A DNA stretch of 64,000 nucleotides from a virus, in the IMG/VR virus record IMGVR_UViG_3300043411_001575, positions 96,001 through 160,000 of that record, one strand, 5' to 3'. Positions 56,385 through 64,000 of the stretch are shown one piece after another; the first letter of the stretch is position 1; the number at the start of each line of letters is the position of its first letter. The notes under the pieces are model-generated. The model was not told the origin of the DNA, did no database searches, and saw nothing but the letters and a program-made list of their open reading frames with translations. The translations under genes were made by a program, and so were the position numbers.

Positions 56385-56684
56385 TTACTTACCTGCCTCT
56401 ACGTTAGCAACTGTTTTAACTGCTTCTGCTGCTGCTTTAACTGCATCTGCGGTTTTAGCTGTAGCTTCTGCTGCCTTAACTTCAGGGTTAACTTGTTTAA
56501 GTGTAGTGTCAGCTTTTTTACCTCCTAAGAAGTAACCCGCTAAAGCACCTGCAACTAATCCTGCACCTGCAAAAATTAACATGTTTTTCATGTCTTTTTT
56601 CTTCATAAAATAAGCGATTGCTGCTCCTGAAGCTGTACCGATACCTCCCCCGATAAGCATTGTTTTCATGTCCATTTTTTTCAT
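56385..56684 (-). CDS. small membrane protein
   Basis: two glycine-zipper-like segments; similar to 39230-39505. Confidence 0.65.
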   Translation of the reverse strand: MKKMDMKTMLIGGGIGTASGAAIAYFMKKKDMKNMLIFAGAGLVAGALAGYFLGGKKADTTLKQVNPEVKAAEATAKTADAVKAAAEAVKTVANVEAGK

Positions 56685-56728
56685 TTTTCTTTTTTTTTTA
56701 AATTATTAATTTGATTTATATACAGGGT

Positions 56729-59700
56729 TTAATCTGCCACTTTAAAGTATGGTCTTAAAAAGCACTTGCGCACCTTAAATCCAACCACGTTTTCTTCAAA
56801 CTTAGGTTTACGACCTAAGTAAGAAGTCAATTTATCTACGCTCACTTCTTTTCCTGAAGAAAGAGATTTAAGTATTGAACCTTCGATTCCTACTAAATCA
56901 AATTCTCCAACAGAACCTCCATCTTCAAACTCTTTTACATCTTTAATATCAAGACCTTTTTCTTTAGCTACACTCTTTAATTTACTTTGTATTTTAGAAG
57001 TAGTTGGAGAAAACTTTTTATCTAATATTTTAACAACATCTCCTTTACGAGTTGCTATTAATGTATAGTAGTTTCTAAGTAAAATTTCTTTATCATATTC
57101 ATTGTAATGAGTAGATAAGTTTTTAGTTGATACTTCTTCGGTTGAAGTAAGGAAACTTTCGATTACATCTTCATTTTTACCAACTCGTCCACCTTTAGCA
57201 AATTTATAAGTAGCAGCCTGATTGAACATACTTAAAAATTCACTTGCTGCGGATGTTTTACCTCCACTATTTCTTTTTCCACCAAAAGAGTTTTTAAATT
57301 CATTTTTATATTTTGAATCTAAAACCTTATCCAAATGGTTTATGATGTTTTTCTTTAGTTCAGGTTTTGGGCATTCACAGTCTTCCAATATACTTTTGAA
57401 TTTCTCAATGTTTTCTTTTGATGCTTCTTTATCAGAAATAGAAAGTAACTTATCCATTTTTTCATTTCCTTTCATATCACTTGATAATTCGGATAAACCA
57501 TCAAACCAAGAGTCGGTATCCTCATTGAATGAAGAAGATATTTTACCACCTTTAGCATAAGTACCTGCTCTATCAAAAATAACATAACCCTGTTCAAGCA
57601 TAGTATCAATAAATGAATCAATCATGTACCTTTCATGGTAATACAATTCAGAATCATCATGACCTTCATCAGTTAAATCTCCGTTATCATCATAATAGAA
57701 TCCATCAGTAATAGCAGGAGCTTCAGTTAATCCAAAACCTTGTGCGCCAATATCATCAAAATACATAAGTTCAGAATTCCCTCTTACATCATCAAATAAT
57801 TCTGACATGATATAATCATCATTTCTGTCATCATCACGCATTTCTAAAACTTCTGCTCTTCCATCTTCATCTAATGTAATTTTCAAATTACCATTAGGTG
57901 TAATATCAAGGCTAATGTATCTTCCTGAATGTAAATGTTTAGACAAATCTAATTTACCACCTTCTTTAAGAATAGGATTTTTAGTTGTTCTAACTTCAAA
58001 CCAACCTTCTTGATTCTTTAAAGCTTCAGCATTTTTATTTATAGCCTCATTCATTTCTTTAGTATCTCTACCATTCATAGTTAATGATGATTTTTTAAAT
58101 ACTCTACTTGATGGACTTTCTTTATATTCAATACCAAAAATAAATCTTTCACTAATACCACCGCCATTTTTCATTTCTTTATTTCCTTTAACTATTTCTT
58201 GTAATAATTTTAAAATATTATCATAAGTTTTAGGCATCTCGTACCCATTCATTTCATCCCATATTTTTACTCTTACTTTATAATCAAAATTATTATCTTT
58301 TTCAAAATAGTAAATTAAATCTTTTAAATCCCATCGGTGTTTTTTAACTGCTTTAGTCATATACTCAGCAATTTTTTCTAAATCTTCAGAACTTGTAATT
58401 TTTAAATTAGATTCTTCTCCAACTCCACCGCCTTTAGCAAAGTTTTCATTTACCATAACACTAGCACTATCAAACGTACTAGCAAAATCTTCTGCTTCTA
58501 TTTCATTATCAAAATATTTTTCAATGTTTTGAGTTTTATAATTATAAACATAGTAAGGCTTTTCTGATTCAACATCACCGCCATTTTTCATTTCGTTATT
58601 TAAAAGCTTATCGTAATCAACATACTCTTTGTATTTCAAAGTATCAATATTTTCTTTGAGTGTCTTTTTATAGTTCTCAGCAAACTTCTCAATCGCTTTT
58701 AACACAGCACCTTCTTCTTTAGTAGGGGTTCTAAAAGGAATCTTAACTGATTTCATAGCTAAGTATTGTTCCTTTGGGTCATTCATATTTGGATTTCTAT
58801 AAATAGATTGACCACCATTACCTCCAAATATTTGAGGATGTAATTCAAGTGAAGATAAGTCTAAAGTAAGACTAACAGCTTGTGGGTATTGACCTCTTAC
58901 ATTATTAATAGCGTAATCAGAAGCGGCAATAACGATACCTAAATTTTTACCTTCTGAGAAGAAGTTTTTATATGTCCAAATGTTATGATAAAAATTAGGA
59001 ACTACTTTATTTAAAATAGCTTCAATTTTTGATTTTAATTCTTGTTCTTTTTCAGTAAGTTCTCCGCCTTCTGCAAACTTCTTTGTTCTATTAACATCAG
59101 AACGATTTTCTCTGTTTTCATAGTAAACATTACCTTCAGCAGAAACACGTTTTCCACCATGTAAAGCTTTCACTGATTTATCTCTTGAAATTGCTAACTT
59201 AGAACGTTTTAAACTTCCACCTTTTTTATATTGTCCACTATTAACATGTGCTTCTAAAACTCGTTTTGTGTGGTCAGTTAAATCAGAATAATTTTTATCT
59301 TTTTGAACAATCCTAGAATAACCTAAATTATTTTCTAATCTATCATCATCTAAAAGTTCACTATGGTCTAATAAAAAGTGACTTCTTTGAGCCTCACTCC
59401 AATTATTCCAAATATCTTCAGAACTATGACCATCATATTTATTTTTTAAACTAATTTTTCCACCTTTTTTGAAAACACCTAATTGATGAATCATTCCATC
59501 ATCTCCAACTTCAAGGTCAACACTTTTCATTTCACGAGCAGCGTTTTCTAATTTTTCTTCAACATCTTTATCGTAACCTCTATCAAAGAATCCTGCACCA
59601 TGACCATTACGTGTAAGCCATATATCATGACCTAGTTGCTCATCAGATGAACCACTTGCTTCAATAGCATCGTAGTTATCTTCAATGAACATTTTAACGT

Positions 59701-61699
59701 CCTTGTACATTCTTTCTCTTGTAGCAGGAGCAATATCAGAAACAGAGTAATTAGCATCTAATGGCTCATCAGTATCCATATCAGTAGAAGACCATAAAGC
59801 GGCAATCATGTAGTTATCTAAAACTTCATTTATTCTATCTTCAGAAATCTCTCCACCTTTAGCGTATTCTTTTTTACTTTCAAAGTCAATAAAATCAAAA
59901 TCAACATACATAGTTCTGCCATTAGAAGAAGTTACTTCATATCCATATGATAATACTTCTTCAATTTTAGCACTCATTCCTGATGGCTTTATCTTTATAG
60001 TATCTCCAACTTTTTTATCACCAACCCCACCGCCATTAGCGTATATCAACCTATCAACCCTATCTTTTAGGGGTAAATCTATACCGTATTTTTCCACCTT
60101 TGACTTTATAGTTGGATTTTCACCTAACGGCTCGTAATAAGCTGACCATTCAGTATCCAATCCCATTTCAAGTATATGAAGTGCTAATCTCTTAACCTCA
60201 TCCGACTTTCTTGTAGATATAATTTTGAATAACCTATACTTACCTGAACTTCTATCTAAAAGAGATTCTTCTTTTGCTTGAAAATCAAATCCGTTTTTAT
60301 TTAAAAAATTCACTATTGCTGAATCTGTATATTCACCTTTTGAAGAAATATTAATACCTCTAAAATTATGAACACCTCCATTAAAACGAATTGCTTTTAC
60401 AAGTTCATTCCAATTTGATATAGTTCTAATTTTACCAACTCCACCACCTTTAGCGTATGTTTTTTTGCCATCTTCAGTATTTATATTATGTCCTCTTCTT
60501 TGTTTTGCTCTTAAATAAAATCCTCTATCATCTTGAAGATAACCCTTAAATCCGTTCCAAATATTTTGACCTACACCAACAGGTTCAAAAACTCCAAATA
60601 AACCATCTTGAGGAGTTGAATCATAACCATTATAACCATCTACAATAGATGCCTCCCCAACATATTTATTTCCCTTAAGAAAAACATTTTCAGGTAATGT
60701 TATTTTATTATAATTATCAATAACATCTTTATATTTAATGTTTTTAATTTTACCAACTCCACCACCTTTAGCGTAATCCTCATCTTCTTCATCTATAACG
60801 TATCCATTTTCTAAAGCATCTGAATAAAAATGAGGGTATTCTAAATATTCTTTGTAATAGAAATCCATTACTTCTCCAATATTTTTTAATTTAAGAATTT
60901 CTTTTTTTATTTTTTTAGCATCTTTTTCCCATAAATCATCATAAGTTTTATCAAAAGAATGTTTGTAGTCAGCTTGATTAAATCTCCAAGCTTTATTACC
61001 TCCACTTAGCCAATAAACAATTGTTTTTTCATCAGATTTTTTTAATTGTTTTGGAGTAATAGCTATCTCACGAATTTTAGGATTTTTTTTGTATTTACTA
61101 TTTATCATTATAGCTACTGCTTCACCAATATCATCAGTACTATATCTCCAACCTGTCGAATTATTAGAGTCAAAATCAACATCTAAAGTACCATCACTAC
61201 GTCTTTCAATTAATAATGGATGTTCAAGAAACTCTTGCTTAATAGAACCACCTTTAGCGAACTCTTCTTCTTCATTTAATTCACGTTCTTGCCAAAAATT
61301 ATCGTATTGTTTTTCAGAAACATTTGGAACATTATAACTTGAATCAGAACTAATAATTGTCATATCACCATTAGTAGACCAAGTAGCTGAAATCAAATCT
61401 TTACCTACTGATTTAGATTCAGTATTTAAGTATTTTTGAATTCTTTTTGTTGGTGCTTCGTAATTCCAATATTTATAAGGGATAGAAACGCAATATGAAT
61501 CTTCAAACTTTTCTTTAGCTTCTTCAAGAGTTAATTCATCTGTAGAACCACCTTTAGCGAATCTCTTTGTTCTGTTGACATCAGAACGATTTTCACGATA
61601 TTCATAATAAGTATTACCATCAGCAGATGTACGTTTACCTGCGTGTTGAGCCTTAATATTTTTGTCTCTTGCTAAAGCTAATTTTGTTCTTCTGTTCAT
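56729..61699 (-). CDS. large modular protein (1656 aa) with repeated phi-x-x-GG linkers
   Basis: about 16 FAKGG/YAKGG/MKNGG-type motifs separating unrelated modules. Confidence 0.85.
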   Translation of the reverse strand: MNRRTKLALARDKNIKAQHAGKRTSADGNTYYEYRENRSDVNRTKRFAKGGSTDELTLEEAKEKFEDSYCVSIPYKYWNYEAPTKRIQKYLNTESKSVGKDLISATWSTNGDMTIISSDSSYNVPNVSEKQYDNFWQERELNEEEEFAKGGSIKQEFLEHPLLIERRSDGTLDVDFDSNNSTGWRYSTDDIGEAVAIMINSKYKKNPKIREIAITPKQLKKSDEKTIVYWLSGGNKAWRFNQADYKHSFDKTYDDLWEKDAKKIKKEILKLKNIGEVMDFYYKEYLEYPHFYSDALENGYVIDEEDEDYAKGGGVGKIKNIKYKDVIDNYNKITLPENVFLKGNKYVGEASIVDGYNGYDSTPQDGLFGVFEPVGVGQNIWNGFKGYLQDDRGFYLRAKQRRGHNINTEDGKKTYAKGGGVGKIRTISNWNELVKAIRFNGGVHNFRGINISSKGEYTDSAIVNFLNKNGFDFQAKEESLLDRSSGKYRLFKIISTRKSDEVKRLALHILEMGLDTEWSAYYEPLGENPTIKSKVEKYGIDLPLKDRVDRLIYANGGGVGDKKVGDTIKIKPSGMSAKIEEVLSYGYEVTSSNGRTMYVDFDFIDFESKKEYAKGGEISEDRINEVLDNYMIAALWSSTDMDTDEPLDANYSVSDIAPATRERMYKDVKMFIEDNYDAIEASGSSDEQLGHDIWLTRNGHGAGFFDRGYDKDVEEKLENAAREMKSVDLEVGDDGMIHQLGVFKKGGKISLKNKYDGHSSEDIWNNWSEAQRSHFLLDHSELLDDDRLENNLGYSRIVQKDKNYSDLTDHTKRVLEAHVNSGQYKKGGSLKRSKLAISRDKSVKALHGGKRVSAEGNVYYENRENRSDVNRTKKFAEGGELTEKEQELKSKIEAILNKVVPNFYHNIWTYKNFFSEGKNLGIVIAASDYAINNVRGQYPQAVSLTLDLSSLELHPQIFGGNGGQSIYRNPNMNDPKEQYLAMKSVKIPFRTPTKEEGAVLKAIEKFAENYKKTLKENIDTLKYKEYVDYDKLLNNEMKNGGDVESEKPYYVYNYKTQNIEKYFDNEIEAEDFASTFDSASVMVNENFAKGGGVGEESNLKITSSEDLEKIAEYMTKAVKKHRWDLKDLIYYFEKDNNFDYKVRVKIWDEMNGYEMPKTYDNILKLLQEIVKGNKEMKNGGGISERFIFGIEYKESPSSRVFKKSSLTMNGRDTKEMNEAINKNAEALKNQEGWFEVRTTKNPILKEGGKLDLSKHLHSGRYISLDITPNGNLKITLDEDGRAEVLEMRDDDRNDDYIMSELFDDVRGNSELMYFDDIGAQGFGLTEAPAITDGFYYDDNGDLTDEGHDDSELYYHERYMIDSFIDTMLEQGYVIFDRAGTYAKGGKISSSFNEDTDSWFDGLSELSSDMKGNEKMDKLLSISDKEASKENIEKFKSILEDCECPKPELKKNIINHLDKVLDSKYKNEFKNSFGGKRNSGGKTSAASEFLSMFNQAATYKFAKGGRVGKNEDVIESFLTSTEEVSTKNLSTHYNEYDKEILLRNYYTLIATRKGDVVKILDKKFSPTTSKIQSKLKSVAKEKGLDIKDVKEFEDGGSVGEFDLVGIEGSILKSLSSGKEVSVDKLTSYLGRKPKFEENVVGFKVRKCFLRPYFKVAD

Positions 61700-61722
61700 C
61701 TTGAGTGTCTTTTTTTATTTAA

Positions 61723-62226
61723 TTAAATAGCTACGTTTAAACCTACTGATGGCATTTTATAATCTACACCATTAGCTCCGCCTTTGAAGTAAATCATAAT
61801 AGTACCTTTGCTATCTTTAGTTGCTTTTGTTATTCTACCTAAGAATTTATCTTTTGTAGTTTTGAATGCTTCTTTACCTGCTAAATCATACACTTTTAAA
61901 CCATCTATTTTAGCGGAAATACTTTTTCCATTTGCGCCATCAGTATTCTCTGATAAATAATCAATCAAAGTAACTAATTTAGTTGGCTTGTAAGCAACTC
62001 CTAAATTACCTGAACCTGTAGATGTTCGAGATGGTTTTACGTTAGAACTTGGACTAATATCACTAGGAATATCAGAGCCACTTTCAGGATTACTTTCCTT
62101 ACTTGAATCACCTCCTGTATCAGTATTATCAGGCTTGTTCTTTCTGTAAGAATAAATTGCTATACCTGCTGCAATAGCTAATAAGCTTCCGCCTATCAAT
62201 AATACTTTTTTTAATTGAGGTGTCAT
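61723..62226 (-). CDS. membrane-anchored protein
   Basis: N-terminal TM, S/P-rich linker. Confidence 0.65.
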   Translation of the reverse strand: MTPQLKKVLLIGGSLLAIAAGIAIYSYRKNKPDNTDTGGDSSKESNPESGSDIPSDISPSSNVKPSRTSTGSGNLGVAYKPTKLVTLIDYLSENTDGANGKSISAKIDGLKVYDLAGKEAFKTTKDKFLGRITKATKDSKGTIMIYFKGGANGVDYKMPSVGLNVAI

Positions 62227-62288
62227 TTGAAAATTTGCTTTAAAAAATATTTGTAAAATTAATGAATATTAATCTTTTATTTTAAACA

Positions 62289-62330
62289 ATATCTGTAACA
62301 CCTTTTGAGAATGTTACAGATATTTTTTTT
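62289..62330. terminator. putative terminator hairpin
   Basis: ATATCTGTAACA..TGTTACAGATAT beside a T run, at a gene end. Confidence 0.55.
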
Positions 62331-64000
62331 TAGTATGCTCTTTTATTTTTAGGGTTTTTATCTGAATGGTCACGACGATTCTCCTGATAAATCATTTTTC
62401 TCGCTTTCACATCTCCTTCTTCATATGCTTTAATATCTTTTTGGGTCACAGGTTTGTAATATTCTTTATCTGTTTTTTTAATTTTACGCATCATTCCTGT
62501 AGACTTATCTAAAATCTTACGATAACGGTATCCAACAAGTCGGGATTGTACTGACGTGTCTCTTGAACCATAAGGAACATCTCTTTCATATTGTGCGCCT
62601 CTTTGTTTGATAGCTCCACCTTTTTTGTAGTCATCCTCACCTGCCCAATCTGAATAACCAACGTTAAAGGCAATAGGGTCATTCTTTCTTAACCAAAGTC
62701 CATAAGTATTTAAATGCTTATAAGGAACTCTTCCTCCGTATTCAGGATGGTCATGTTCAGGAACTCCTATTTCGTTTAGAAGCTCAACGTATTTTGCTTT
62801 TGTTTTTTTTAAGCTTCCACCTTTAGCAAATTCTTCATCATCGAATTCAGGAACTCCTGCTGCTTCTAATAATTCAACATCACCTTTATCAATATATTTT
62901 GATAATGATTGAAGTTCAATCAATTCACCTTGACTAATTCGTTCTTCACGAAGTTCTCCTCTCAAATATTCTAATCGTTCTTTAATTTCTTCCGTATTAT
63001 CAAGTCCACCACCATCAGCGTATTCATTAAAATATTTTATCAATTCGTTTTCTTCTTCATCCGTTAAAGAAAGTTGTCCACTTGAATAAAGATTATTTAA
63101 TTCTTGTTTTGATGGCTTATAGCCATACTTTTTTTCATATTTTCCAATAATATTTTTAATTAAAATACTTTCACCAACTCCACCACCATCAGCGTATTCA
63201 TCATTTATTTTTAATTTTTCTCCTATAAAATACTCTTTACCATTATACACTACAACAAAATTACCTTTTTTTAATTCTTTTCGTATAAATGGCTTTGTTC
63301 TTTTTATAAATTCTTCTACTTCTTCTCCCGTTTCAAATGTCATTCCACCCTGCGAACTATAAATATCTTTATATCTAAATTTTTCTTCTTCCACTTCATC
63401 ATCATCTTCAAATTCAGGAACTCCTGCTGCTTCTAATAATTCCACATCACCTTTATCAATATATTTTGATAATGATTGAAGTTCAATCAATTCACCTTGA
63501 CTAATTCGCTCTGCACGAAGTTCTTTTCTAAGATACTCTAATCTTTTTTTAATTTTTTTCGTATCACTAACTCCTCCACCTTTAGCAAATTCTTCATCAT
63601 TTTCGTATTCCCAAAAACCAAAGTCAGAACCATTTCCTTCGTGTGAACCAAAAGAAGTTCCTTCAGGAGCAATGTTATTTAATAAATCGAAAATATCTTC
63701 ATTTAAAATGTATGTAGCGGTTTCTTCAGACTCACCAACGAAATCACCATCTTCATCTTTTTCTAAAGCATTAACTTCTTCCTGAAGATTATTTACTTTT
63801 TCTTCAATACCAAGTTCTACTTTTACAGATTGTAAAAAATCCATGAAAGACTCTATAAGATGTTCTGACTTCAATGTACCACTTGATAGAGATTTGCCTA
63901 TCATACTTGATGACAATTCACCGCCATTAGCCATTTTACCTTTACTACTTCTTGCTTCATATTCTTCTTGGTATCTAGGCAAGTTATGTGGTTCATTAGG
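62330..64000 (-). CDS. modular protein with phi-x-x-GG linkers (5' end beyond window)
   Basis: Frame is open to the window edge; MANGG, FAKGG, YADGG, YKKGG linkers; about 45 aa internal duplication (about 62844-62974 and 63411-63543). Confidence 0.8.
   Translation of the reverse strand, partial: PNEPHNLPRYQEEYEARSSKGKMANGGELSSSMIGKSLSSGTLKSEHLIESFMDFLQSVKVELGIEEKVNNLQEEVNALEKDEDGDFVGESEETATYILNEDIFDLLNNIAPEGTSFGSHEGNGSDFGFWEYENDEEFAKGGGVSDTKKIKKRLEYLRKELRAERISQGELIELQSLSKYIDKGDVELLEAAGVPEFEDDDEVEEEKFRYKDIYSSQGGMTFETGEEVEEFIKRTKPFIRKELKKGNFVVVYNGKEYFIGEKLKINDEYADGGGVGESILIKNIIGKYEKKYGYKPSKQELNNLYSSGQLSLTDEEENELIKYFNEYADGGGLDNTEEIKERLEYLRGELREERISQGELIELQSLSKYIDKGDVELLEAAGVPEFDDEEFAKGGSLKKTKAKYVELLNEIGVPEHDHPEYGGRVPYKHLNTYGLWLRKNDPIAFNVGYSDWAGEDDYKKGGAIKQRGAQYERDVPYGSRDTSVQSRLVGYRYRKILDKSTGMMRKIKKTDKEYYKPVTQKDIKAYEEGDVKARKMIYQENRRDHSDKNPKNKRAY

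Noticed and set aside
39213-61337. Plus-strand ORFs in the late region
   Set aside because: Antisense shadows of a tightly packed minus-strand operon
63980-64000. TTG start at 63982
   Set aside because: The reading frame stays open to the window edge, so the gene begins outside the window
1-64000. tRNA or rRNA genes
   Set aside because: None recognised by eye; a tRNAscan-SE run would be needed to exclude them

Overview
AT-rich segment of a large virus genome, most likely infecting Bacteroidota (promoters match TTTG-N19-TAnnTTTG). It has three parts. (1) 1-20572: an integron-like array of at least 26 gene cassettes, cut off by the window start. Each cassette runs GTTA...TAAC, has self-complementary ends, and is separated from the next by a 57-126 bp hairpin. 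The array ends at a hairpin-less attI-like site next to a tyrosine recombinase that lacks the IntI-specific insertion. Fourteen cassettes encode DNA methyltransferases (11 beta-class, one MT-A70, one gamma-class, one phage Dam-like). Six carry their own promoter plus a small RHH/HTH regulator. Eight ORFs start inside the preceding hairpin, and the hairpins appear linked to the downstream gene, the reverse of canonical integrons. (2) 20634-39229, plus strand: early, recombination and replication genes (PD-(D/E)XK nuclease, RecT-like annealase, RusA-like resolvase, replication initiator) and a solo TnpB. (3) 39230-64000, minus strand: lysis genes, fibre-like proteins, many small single-TM proteins, and large modular proteins punctuated by hydrophobic-x-x-Gly-Gly linkers. 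All calls come from reading motifs by eye; no searches were run and novelty is not checked against the literature.
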